From: Chthoniobacterales bacterium
GTDB taxonomy: Bacteria > Verrucomicrobiota > Verrucomicrobiia > Chthoniobacterales > JACTMZ01
Length of the DNA stretch: 50,836 nt
Reading direction: 5' to 3'
Assembly: GCA_044371145.1 (NCBI GenBank)
Contig: JBILUI010000002.1
Coordinates: 1-50,836 of the forward strand
The translations under genes and the position numbers were made by a program. The notes under the pieces are model-generated. The model saw nothing but the letters and a program-made list of their open reading frames with translations. It did not search any database and had not been told where the DNA came from. Below, piece by piece: positions 1-6,549 of this stretch (position 1 is the stretch's first letter; every line of letters begins with the position of its first letter).

Positions 1-519
1 AGTCGCGGGCGATCCGGTCTGGTGGTGGCGGTCTGGTATTTGCTGAAGTGTGCGTTTCTGCTTTCGGCGTTGCCTTGGCCGTCGGGTTTGAAGGTGGCGC
101 TGTTGCGGGCTTTCGGGGCGAGGATCGGCAACGGGGTGGTCATCAAACCCCGGGTGAATGTGCATTTCCCGTGGAAGTTGGAGGTGGGTGATCATGCCTG
201 GATCGGGGAAGAGGTGTTCATCCTCAACTTCGAACCGGTGAAGATCGGTGCGAATGCCTGTATTTCGCAGCGGGCGTTTCTCTGCACGGGCAACCACGAT
301 TACCGGGATCCGCAGTTCTCCTACCGGAATGCGCCGATCACGGTGGGTGATGGGGCTTGGATCGGGGCCAGCGTTTTTGTCGGGCCGGGAGTGGAGGTCG
401 GGGATGAAGCGGTTTTGGCGGCAGGATCGGTGGTCACGCGGAATGTTCCGGCGAATGCTGTTGTGGCGGGGAATCCGGCGAGCGAGCGCGGGGTGCGGTG
501 GAAGAGGGAGGAAGTTTAG
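1..519 (+). CDS. WcaF-like sugar O-acetyltransferase (hexapeptide / left-handed beta-helix family), 5' end outside window
   Basis: The frame is open from nt 1, and the track ORF 22..519 is probably an internal start. Hexapeptide-type motifs are present: IGNGVVIKPRVNV, VGDHAWIGEEV, IGANACISQRAF, VGDGAWIGASVFVGPGVEVGDEAVLAAGSVV, NAVVAGNPA. The overall layout matches colanic-acid WcaF-type acetyltransferases from memory. The last codons (KREEV*) already run into repeat element A. Confidence 0.8.
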   Translation, partial: SRGRSGLVVAVWYLLKCAFLLSALPWPSGLKVALLRAFGARIGNGVVIKPRVNVHFPWKLEVGDHAWIGEEVFILNFEPVKIGANACISQRAFLCTGNHDYRDPQFSYRNAPITVGDGAWIGASVFVGPGVEVGDEAVLAAGSVVTRNVPANAVVAGNPASERGVRWKREEV

Positions 520-731
520 CCACAGCCGAGTCTGCGAGACAGCCGAAGGCAAATTTAAGAAGATGAATGAGGATAAAGTCCGAGCGGCTTGCAGCCGCGC
601 GGACTGAGGGGAATGCCGCGCACCGAGTGATTGCCTATGGGCTATCTACGGCTGCGCCTCCGGTTGCGATACGCGGCGGTTTGTCCGCAGAACTAAAAGC
701 AGAAGTGGGCGCGCGATGAGCGCGCTTTTTT
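515..731 (+). repeat. Boundary element copy A (structured repeat plus intrinsic terminator)
   Basis: Starts TTTAGCCACAGCCGAGTCTGCGAGACAGCC. Contains the hairpin GTCCGAGCGGCTTGCAGCCGCGCGGAC (578-604), then a long variable hairpin closed by GCCGCG/CGCGGC, then GGTTTGTCCGCAGAAC, then the terminator. Homologous to 2132-2307, 9432-9611 and 10342-10497. Confidence 0.85.
709..731 (+). terminator. Rho-independent terminator (GCGCGC-GATGA-GCGCGC followed by T6)
   Basis: Perfect 6-bp GC stem, 5-nt loop, T-run at 726-731. The 31-nt string GTGGGCGCGCGATGAGCGCGCTTTTTTATTT is repeated identically at 1296-1326 and 7921-7951. Confidence 0.8.
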
Positions 732-767
732 ATTTCATCGGGACGTGCTTATGTTGTCGGCGACCTT

Positions 768-968
768 ATGAGCGTTACGACCAGCAATGGCCCGGATTCA
801 GCGGACGCTATGGCTTCTGTTGTGCGAAAGCGCGAAGCGCGGGCGAGTGGTTCGGTCACTGCGGGTATGTCTGATGCGGAGTTCGAGGCTTGGTTGGTCG
901 CTCAAGGTGCGGTGCGGATGTCGGAGGAGCGTCATGCGGCTTTGCGGCCTGGTTTCTACGGAGTTTAA
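768..968 (+). CDS. Hypothetical small protein (66 aa)
   Basis: ORF only, with no recognisable motif. It lies between repeat A and the GT2 remnant and could be a remnant itself. Confidence 0.25.
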   Translation: MSVTTSNGPDSADAMASVVRKREARASGSVTAGMSDAEFEAWLVAQGAVRMSEERHAALRPGFYGV

Positions 969-1018
969 ACCTGATTGGAGATAGATCTGCTGCTTGGCAA
1001 GCAGGCTGTCAGGCTTGA

Positions 1019-1249
1019 GGGACGCCCGGACTGCGCGCACACTGGTCTTGGAAGCAGAAGCTGAAATACCGGCTGATGCAGACGCCGTTCATCGGGATCG
1101 TTTACTTTTTCGGGAGCTACGTGCTGATGGGTGGGTTCCGTGATGGGTTTACGGGATTGGCCTTTGCGATCCTGAAGATGTCTTACTTTACTCAGGTGTA
1201 TTGCAAGTTGAGAGAGGGGGAGCGAGCGGCTGAAAGCCGCGAGGGATGA
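1019..1249 (+). pseudogene. 3'-terminal remnant of a family-2 glycosyltransferase
   Basis: The frame is open only from 1019 (stop TGA at 1016), with an ATG at 1076. The translation ...KYRLMQTPFIGIVYFFGSYVLMGGFRDGFTGLAFAILKMSYFTQVYCKLRE matches the conserved C-terminal membrane-associated tail of GT2 enzymes (F..Y.L..GF.DG..G...A.L...Y....Y.KL.E). No catalytic domain lies upstream. Confidence 0.55.
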
Positions 1250-1298
1250 GCGCTGAGTGGAATCTTCTCGAACAGAAGGTCACAAAGGAAAGAAGTGG

Positions 1299-1321
1299 GC
1301 GCGCGATGAGCGCGCTTTTTT
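1299..1321 (+). terminator. Rho-independent terminator, identical copy 2
   Basis: GCGCGC-GATGA-GCGCGC plus T6. The 35 nt AGAAGTGGGCGCGCGATGAGCGCGCTTTTTTATTT are identical to 701-735. Confidence 0.8.
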
Positions 1322-1353
1322 ATTTTTGCGGAAAAGGATAGGTTGCAGGCTTT

Positions 1354-2115
1354 ATGTCGCCTGAACGCATTTTAGGGATTCCGTTTTTTACCGGTTCGGT
1401 GGAGGAGGCGGTGGCGGAGACTTGGCGTGGTGGGCTCGTGGTCGCGCCATCCGGACCGAATCTGGCCAATGAGCTGCGCAAGGTGCCGGATTACCGGCGC
1501 GCGGTGGAGAATGCCGATGTGGCTCTCACGGACAGCGCGGTGATGGTGGCGGTGTATCGCGCGGCGACCGGGCGATCGGTGCCGCGGCATTCGGGGTTGA
1601 AATTTCTCGAGGCGATGTTGGCGGAGCCGGCATTGCGGGAACCGGGCGCGGCGTTCTGGGTGATGCCGACGGAGGAGGAGGGGAACAAGATCGCCGCATG
1701 GTTGCGGACGCAGGGATTTCCGGTGGATGGGAGCAATACCTATGTGGCGCCATTCTATCGCGGGTATCCGATTGCGGATGAGGAGTTGTTGCGGCGTTTG
1801 CGGACGGCGAAGCCGAAGGTGGTTTTTTTGAATCTCGCGGGCGGTAAGCAGGAGGTGCTCGGGGCGTGGTTGCGCGAGCGGCTTGACCCGTGTCCGGGGA
1901 TCGTTTGCACGGGTGCGGCGGTGGCTTTTCTGGCGGGAACGCAGGCGAAGATTCCAGTGTGGGCGGATCGGAGCGGGCTCGGGTGGCTGATGCGGTGCAT
2001 TTATGAGCCGCGGAAGTTTATTCCGCGGTATTGGAGTGCGTTGCCTTTGGTTTGGATGGTGTGGAGCGGCGCGCGGCGCGCCGCGGACCAAGAGACTAAA
2101 AGACAAAGAGACTAA
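1354..2115 (+). CDS. WecB/TagA/CpsF-family (GT26) glycosyltransferase
   Basis: 253 aa. N-terminus ILGIPF...S.EEAV, then PSGPNLA, VALTDSA, KPKVVFLNLAGGKQEVLGAWLRERL and CTGAAVAFLAGTQAKIPVWADRSGLGWLMRCIYEPRKFIPRYW, typical of the TagA/WecG family. The last ~10 codons (DQETKRQRD) read into the octamer purine tract. Confidence 0.85.
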   Translation: MSPERILGIPFFTGSVEEAVAETWRGGLVVAPSGPNLANELRKVPDYRRAVENADVALTDSAVMVAVYRAATGRSVPRHSGLKFLEAMLAEPALREPGAAFWVMPTEEEGNKIAAWLRTQGFPVDGSNTYVAPFYRGYPIADEELLRRLRTAKPKVVFLNLAGGKQEVLGAWLRERLDPCPGIVCTGAAVAFLAGTQAKIPVWADRSGLGWLMRCIYEPRKFIPRYWSALPLVWMVWSGARRAADQETKRQRD

Positions 2116-2133
2116 GAGGCGGAGAGACGAGTT
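2086..2133 (+). repeat. Octamer-periodic purine tract (GACNAAGA x6)
   Basis: Reads gaccaaga|gactaaaa|gacaaaga|gactaaga|ggcggaga|gacgagtt. Sits immediately 5' of repeat element B. Confidence 0.8.
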
Positions 2134-2307
2134 TTAGCCACAGCCGAGTCTGCGAGACAGCCGAAGGCAAATTGAGGAAGATGGATGAGGATAAGGTCCG
2201 AGCGGCTTAGAGCCGATCGGACTGGTGGAATGCCAACCGCCGGGTGATTGCCCATGGGCTATCTACGGCCAGCTGGCCTCCGGTTCCGGCGTTCGGCGGT
2301 TTGTCCT
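2132..2307 (+). repeat. Boundary element copy B (degenerate, lacks terminator)
   Basis: Same 5' module as copy A (TTTTAGCCACAGCCGAGTCTGCGAGACAGCCGAAGGCAAAT). Hairpin GTCCGAGCGGCTTAGAGCCGATCGGAC, long variable hairpin, GGCGGTTTGTCC, then diverges with no GC hairpin or T-run. Confidence 0.8.
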
Positions 2308-2378
2308 AGGAGGTGGCGGATTTTACGGCTATGGGGCGAGCACGTGACAACAGGGCTGTTTGCGGCTAAGCTGATAAC

Positions 2379-2621
2379 ATGAAAGTAGAAATGGAAGTTC
2401 CCGATAGCGCTTTATCCGCGCTGCGGCGTGCACCAAGTGAGGTAGCTGGCAGGCTTCGTTTCATGGCTGCCGCCAAGCTCTATGAGGTGGGCGAATTAAG
2501 CCAAGAGCGCGCGGCGGAGTTGGCCGGGTTCTCTCGCCAGAAGTTCGTAACGATGCTCTCGGCGATCGGCGTTAGTCCGTTCCAAGGAGTCGAAGAGGAT
2601 CTCTTGGCATCAGCTCGATAA
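2379..2621 (+). CDS. UPF0175-family antitoxin-like protein
   Basis: 80 aa. AAAKLYEVGELSQERAAELAGFSRQKFVTMLSAIGVSPF is the characteristic UPF0175 helix-turn-helix core. A paralog lies at 5495-5752. Confidence 0.75.
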   Translation: MKVEMEVPDSALSALRRAPSEVAGRLRFMAAAKLYEVGELSQERAAELAGFSRQKFVTMLSAIGVSPFQGVEEDLLASAR

Positions 2622-2658
2622 GGCTCGTCGGTAGCCTGCAAGGTCGGAGAGCGGGTGG

Positions 2659-3426
2659 TTGACAGCTGATCCACGGAGCTGCATCGTTGAAGATGAAAGC
2701 TCGTTCCATGGTCACCATCGACAAATGCATCCAAAAGAAAGCCGCCGAGATGAGGGAAGCCCGCCTCAAGCAGCGTTGGATTTCTTACTCGGAAGCCTTG
2801 GCTCAGTGTCTCCGGGTCGAGGCGCGGGGAGACAGCGATTCAACGAAGAAGTCGCGGCGCTCCAACGTTGGGCGGCAAGCGGCGGCCGCTGCTTAAACGA
2901 GGACGGCCTGCGCGGGTTCAAGCCAGTTGCCTCGGGCGCAGAGCACGAAGTCTTTTTCGACGAGAGCGCACAGCGCGCGATAAAGGTTACGAAGAGTGGT
3001 CGCTTCGGTCACTCCCTGGAAGGAGAGGGACTCAGTGCAACGCCTGCAGCCTATCTCCAGCGTCTTGTTTTTCACAACGAGCTGCTCGGGGACAGCATTG
3101 AATTGGTCGGAGTATGGTCCGCGGAAGGAAGTGTGCGTATCATCTCATCGCAGCCTTGGGTTACCGAGGCCAAAGTGGACGTTGGTCTCACGCAAGATGA
3201 CATCACTGCATGGTTCGGCGACCTCGGCTTCAAACGGTTTTGTTGCGCGAAGGTGCCCGCCTATTTCAAAGCAGAGTCGGACGTGGTTGTTTTGGATGCC
3301 AATGTGAAGAATGTGCTTCGCGATACGAACGGCCGTCTTTTCCCGATTGACGTCGTGATCGGTGTGCCTGGATCAAAGGTGCGAGAGATCTTTGGACTTC
3401 CAGCCTCGCTGCATCCGGCTTCCTGA
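2659..3426 (+). CDS. Protein-kinase-like fold protein (atypical small kinase), N-terminus uncertain or possibly frameshifted
   Basis: Kinase-like signature in order: SGAEHEVFFDE (Gly-rich loop equivalent), AIKVTK (beta3 Lys), VVLDANVKNVL (D-x4-N catalytic loop), FPIDVV (metal-binding Asp). The track start at 2659 is TTG, with an ATG at 2725. Third-position GC looks better in the overlapping frame 2687-2896 up to about 2835. The 5' end may therefore be frameshifted. Confidence 0.55.
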   Translation: MTADPRSCIVEDESSFHGHHRQMHPKESRRDEGSPPQAALDFLLGSLGSVSPGRGAGRQRFNEEVAALQRWAASGGRCLNEDGLRGFKPVASGAEHEVFFDESAQRAIKVTKSGRFGHSLEGEGLSATPAAYLQRLVFHNELLGDSIELVGVWSAEGSVRIISSQPWVTEAKVDVGLTQDDITAWFGDLGFKRFCCAKVPAYFKAESDVVVLDANVKNVLRDTNGRLFPIDVVIGVPGSKVREIFGLPASLHPAS

Positions 3427-3439
3427 AGTGCCAAGGGAA

Positions 3440-3486
3440 GCGCGTGTAGCGCGCGGTGGCGGGTGTGAAAGTGACTGGTGAAAGGT
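3440..3486 (+). repeat. 47-nt cassette-end repeat, copy 1
   Basis: GCGCGTGTAGCGCGCGGTGGCGGGTGTGAAAGTGACTGGTGAAAGGT. It differs at 2 positions from 4170-4216 and starts with a GCGCG-N5-CGCGC hairpin. Confidence 0.85.
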
Positions 3487-3541
3487 GGGAAGGTAGGAAA
3501 GTGGGAAGGTATTTCGGTGCTTCGGTTGGTCGGTGGGGCGT
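3486..3541 (+). repeat. Octamer-periodic tract (T-N5-GG x7)
   Basis: Reads tgggaagg|taggaaag|tgggaagg|tatttcgg|tgcttcgg|ttggtcgg|tggggcgt, with T exactly every 8 nt. Followed by CTTGAAA CTTGAAA CCTGAAAAAA. Confidence 0.8.
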
Positions 3542-3644
3542 TGAGCGGGGAGGGATGAGGCTTGAAACTTGAAACCTGAAAAAAGAGGGCGCAAATTGGA
3601 GAACCGGTGCCCAGAAGACAAGGCTTTGCCCTTGAAGAGAAAAA

Positions 3645-3974
3645 ATGCCCACGAAAACGCGCAAAGTTAATAAAGCAAATCCCCTGACGGGGAGCAGTCT
3701 CGATGATTTTCTTCGAGACGAGGGGATTCTGGAGGAAGTGGAAGCTGCGGCGCTCAAGCGGGTGATGGCCGTTCTCGAAGACGTGGATGATCTGGCCGTC
3801 GTGGCGAAACGTCGCCGTGAGCCGACGATCGCGCATGAGGAAATCGTTGCGGCGCTGAAGGCGGCGTGGAACGCGGAGATCCCGTCTGAACAGCGGAGCT
3901 GGAAATCGGCCCAAAAGCAGCGGTTGGCGGATGAAATCCGTGATGCCGCAACAAAGAATGAGCGCAGACGTTAA
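3645..3974 (+). CDS. Antitoxin-like small protein (109 aa)
   Basis: The N-terminal SSLDDFLRDEGILEEVEAAALKRVMA motif is common in small TA-associated regulators. The middle part, EDVDDLAVVAKRRREPTIAHEEIVAALK, resembles RelB/Phd-type antitoxin tails. Overlaps the next ORF. Confidence 0.5.
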   Translation: MPTKTRKVNKANPLTGSSLDDFLRDEGILEEVEAAALKRVMAVLEDVDDLAVVAKRRREPTIAHEEIVAALKAAWNAEIPSEQRSWKSAQKQRLADEIRDAATKNERRR

Positions 3975-4218
3975 ATCCGAAATTCAGCTTTTGGACGTGG
4001 TGGCGTTGACCGAAGCGTTCGGGAGCCTTGCCAAGGGTTCACTGGGCACTGTGGTCGAAGTGTTGTCGGACGATGCTTTCGAAGTGGAATTCATCAATGA
4101 TGAGGGATACACGCTGGCGATCGAGACGCTCACGAGAGATTCTTTGCGCAAGGTGTGGGAGCGGGGGAGGCGCGTGAAGCGCGCGGTGGCGGGTGTGAAG
4201 GTGACTGGTGAAAGGTAA
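3931..4218 (+). CDS. DUF4926-like protein
   Basis: LLDVVALTEAFGSLAKGSLGTVVEVLSDDAFEVEFINDEGYTLAIETLTRDSLRKV matches the DUF4926 pattern from memory. Alternative starts lie at 3943 and 3958. The C-terminal RGRRVKRAVAGVKVTGER is a translation of the 47-nt repeat, so the native 3' end appears replaced. Confidence 0.65.
   Translation: MKSVMPQQRMSADVKSEIQLLDVVALTEAFGSLAKGSLGTVVEVLSDDAFEVEFINDEGYTLAIETLTRDSLRKVWERGRRVKRAVAGVKVTGER
4170..4216 (+). repeat. 47-nt cassette-end repeat, copy 2
   Basis: GCGCGTGAAGCGCGCGGTGGCGGGTGTGAAGGTGACTGGTGAAAGGT, 45/47 identical to 3440-3486. Confidence 0.85.
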
Positions 4219-4279
4219 CGACGGAGAAACGGAGGATAAGTGGGAAGTGATGAATGCAGAATGCGAAGTGGCGGAGGCG
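4217..4279 (+). repeat. Purine-rich GGA-laden tract
   Basis: aacgacggagaaacggaggataagtgggaagtgatgaatgcagaatgcgaagtggcggaggcg. The core AAGGTAACGACGGAGAAACGGAGGAT is homologous to 5262-5290. Confidence 0.7.
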
Positions 4280-4392
4280 TCCCGGTGAAGTGGGCTTCGC
4301 ACTTCACGGGCCAAGGAGACAGGGGTCAGGTGACGTGACGGGGAATTTTAACTTGAACTTGGTTGCGTCGGGAATCTTGCTAATTTGAGACT

Positions 4393-4707
4393 ATGACTAC
4401 GGCAGCTCTGCCAAAACATATCTCTGTCGATAACTTCGGTGTGGCCTGGATTCAGGGAACACGGGTGAAAGTGATCGAGGTCGCGCTGGATCATATCGCT
4501 CACGGTTGGAGCGCGGACGAAATCGCCCGCCAGCACCCTGAACTGACGTTGGGCCAGATTCATTCCGCTCTTTCTTGCTATTACGACAACAAGACCGAGT
4601 TCGAGGAGATCATCGCCGAGGATTATGAATCGGCCAAAGCGCTAGGCACGGCGACCGGGGAAACTCCACTGCGTCTCAGGTTGCGATCCAAGGGACTGTT
4701 GAGTTGA
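4393..4707 (+). CDS. DUF433-family antitoxin-like protein
   Basis: VAWIQGTRVKVIEVALDHIAHGWSADEIARQHPELTLGQIHSALSCYYDN is the DUF433 core. Its stop overlaps the start of the next gene (TTGA). Confidence 0.8.
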   Translation: MTTAALPKHISVDNFGVAWIQGTRVKVIEVALDHIAHGWSADEIARQHPELTLGQIHSALSCYYDNKTEFEEIIAEDYESAKALGTATGETPLRLRLRSKGLLS

Positions 4708-5054
4708 GTCTGCGGCTCTACATGGACGTCCATGTCCCGGCCGCGGTCACGGCGGCGCTGCGGCAGAAAGGTGTGGATGTGTTACGGGCCCAAGACGATG
4801 GCACCGGAACTCTCGACGATGGTCCGCTGCTGGAAAGGTCGACGTCCTTGGGACGCGTCATGTTTTCGCAGGATCGCGACATGCTGGCCGAGGCAAGCTT
4901 GCGGCAGCGCCAAGGCGTTGCCTTCGCCGGGGTGATCTACGGGCACCAACTGGAGGTGACGGTCGGCCAATGCATTCGTGATTTGGAGATCATCGCAAAA
5001 GCAGGCGAGCAGGAGGACTTGGCGGGGCGCGTGGAGTTTTTACCTCTACGGTGA
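4704..5054 (+). CDS. DUF5615-family PIN-like putative toxin
   Basis: LYMDVHVPAAVTAALRQKGVDVLRA ... GRVMFSQDRDM matches the Mut7-C/DUF5615 PIN-like pattern. This is the canonical partner of DUF433. The start is TTG at 4704, overlapping the upstream stop. Confidence 0.75.
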   Translation: MSLRLYMDVHVPAAVTAALRQKGVDVLRAQDDGTGTLDDGPLLERSTSLGRVMFSQDRDMLAEASLRQRQGVAFAGVIYGHQLEVTVGQCIRDLEIIAKAGEQEDLAGRVEFLPLR

Positions 5055-5076
5055 GGCAATAAGGAGTGACGAGGCT

Positions 5077-5253
5077 GTGGCAACTGAGGGCGCCACTGTC
5101 CCCAGTGCGCGGGTAGACGAGACGACGGGCGAGCCGTTTTTCACGCCTGATACGGTGGACAGGTTGCAGGAGATCTTGGAGAAGCAGATGGCAGAGGGCG
5201 TGGGGCAAGGAGCATGGGGCAGACGAGAAGTGATGCACCGGAGTAAAAGGTAA
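5077..5253 (+). CDS. Hypothetical ORF, probably a gene fragment
   Basis: GTG at 5077 lies 10 nt after AAGGAG. The translation ...TTGEPFFTPDTVDRLQEILEKQ... is not recognised. Ends inside a purine tract. Confidence 0.2.
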   Translation: MATEGATVPSARVDETTGEPFFTPDTVDRLQEILEKQMAEGVGQGAWGRREVMHRSKR

Positions 5254-5302
5254 AAAGTGCGAAGGTGACGGCGGAGAAGCGGGAGGATGCGGAGTGGCAA
5301 GA
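5241..5302 (+). repeat. Purine-rich GGA-laden tract
   Basis: gagtaaaaggtaaaaagtgcgaaggtgacggcggagaagcgggaggatgcggagtggcaagaa. Homologous core to 4212-4250 and to 7880-7905. Confidence 0.7.
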
Positions 5303-5405
5303 ATTCGCCTACCGCTCTTTCGCCGCAGGTTATGACGACGATGAGCCGGATTATTCGCTCGAGGATATCAAGGATCCGCCTCGGCCGGATGAGCCTCCGG
5401 CGTGA
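5265..5405 (+). pseudogene. C-terminal fragment of an antitoxin (EP-x-YS...DIK tail type)
   Basis: A frame not in the track (<60 aa) gives ...EDAEWQEFAYRSFAAGYDDDEPDYSLEDIKDPPRPDEPPA*. The W..F......A.G..DDEPDYSLEDIK ending is typical of small antitoxins. Compare AAYGPDEPDYS at 8164-8376. There is no proper N-terminus, because the upstream part is the purine tract. Confidence 0.4.
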
Positions 5406-5494
5406 CAAGGGAGGGATGCCAGAGGTCAAAAGCCAGTGGTCCGGGTTGACGGCGTGGGGTTGCGGTCGGGCGGACTTCGGTTTAATTAACGGTT

Positions 5495-5752
5495 ATGCCA
5501 GTGGCCGAGTCCATAAGCGTCGATTGCCCTCCAGAGGTGCTGCTTGAGTTGCACGTCAGTCCGGGCGAGATGGCGGATGTGCTGAAAGAGAAGGCGGCTC
5601 TGGCTCTCTTCAGTGAGGGAAAGATTTCTTCGGGGTTGGCGGCGCGATGGGTGGGTCAGCCGAGGGCGGCTTTTTTGATGGCGGCCATGGCACAGGGGGC
5701 GCGGCTCCTCGATCAGGGCGATGTGGACTACCGTCGCGAATCGTCGCTGTGA
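5495..5752 (+). CDS. UPF0175-family antitoxin-like protein
   Basis: KEKAALALFSEGKISSGLAARWVGQPRAAFLMAAMAQG is the UPF0175 core. Its stop overlaps the GTG of the next gene (GTGA at 5749-5752). Confidence 0.8.
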   Translation: MPVAESISVDCPPEVLLELHVSPGEMADVLKEKAALALFSEGKISSGLAARWVGQPRAAFLMAAMAQGARLLDQGDVDYRRESSL

Positions 5753-6228
5753 CGATCTACTCGAATACCACGCCGCTACTGGCTTTCTCGGCTATCGGTC
5801 GTCTCGACCTGATGAACAGGGTGCACGGCGAGATCTGTATCGTGCCGAGCGTGGTCGCGGAGTGCGGGGCGGGAGGGGTTGTCGAGGTTCCGGATTTGAC
5901 AAAACTTCCGTGGATTCGGATCGAGCGGGAGCCAGCGCAAGACGAGTCGAGGTTCTTTATGTTGGACGCCGGAGAGCGCGATACTTTGTCGGCGGCGCTG
6001 CGTGATGGCGCGGACTTGGTGCTGATAGACGAGCGGTTGGGAAGGAATCTTGCTGAGTTCTACGGTCTGCGTGTCGCTGGAACACTCGGCACTCTGAAGA
6101 AGGCGAAGGAGTTAGGGTTCATTCCGGAGTTTTTACCACTCGTGCGGGAGTTGCAGGGCGCGGGGTTCTGGTATCACGAGGACTTGGTGCGGCGCTTGGC
6201 AGCGGATGTGGGTGAGTCTCCTTTCTAG
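5749..6228 (+). CDS. DUF3368-family PIN-like putative toxin
   Basis: IYSNTTPLLAFSAIGRLDLM..., DAGERDTLSAALRDGADLVLIDERLGRNLA..., GLRVAGTLGTLKKAKELGFI. This is the classical DUF3368 partner of UPF0175. The start is taken as GTG 5749, since the longer track ORF from 5647 overlaps the antitoxin. Confidence 0.8.
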   Translation: MTIYSNTTPLLAFSAIGRLDLMNRVHGEICIVPSVVAECGAGGVVEVPDLTKLPWIRIEREPAQDESRFFMLDAGERDTLSAALRDGADLVLIDERLGRNLAEFYGLRVAGTLGTLKKAKELGFIPEFLPLVRELQGAGFWYHEDLVRRLAADVGESPF

Positions 6229-6237
6229 GAAGACACG

Positions 6238-6549
6238 TTGATAATGACGAAAGGCGAGTGCAGTCCTGAAACTGGGGACCCGCTTGGGCTGTTGTTGCAG
6301 CCGCTGTGGCGGGAGTTTGATGTGAAGCGGGCCTGGCTTTTTGGCGGGCGGGCGCGGGGTGAGGCTGACGCGGGCAGCGATTGGGATTTTCTGGTGGAGT
6401 TTGCGTCGAGGCCGGGATTCGCGAATTTCATGGGACTGAAATGCGCGTTGGAGGATGCGCTCGGGTCGAAGGTTGACGTGCTTTCGCTCAGTGCGGTTAA
6501 GCGTGCGTTTTTGGCGCGGATTGAGAAGGAGTTGGTCGATGTCTATTGA
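6238..6549 (+). CDS. MNT-type nucleotidyltransferase (MntA-like antitoxin of HEPN/MNT modules)
   Basis: WLFGGRARGEADAGSDWDFLVEF is the G[SG]-x9-D-x-D Pol-beta nucleotidyltransferase motif. KVDVLS follows. TTG at 6238, or ATG at 6244. Confidence 0.8.
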   Translation: MIMTKGECSPETGDPLGLLLQPLWREFDVKRAWLFGGRARGEADAGSDWDFLVEFASRPGFANFMGLKCALEDALGSKVDVLSLSAVKRAFLARIEKELVDVY

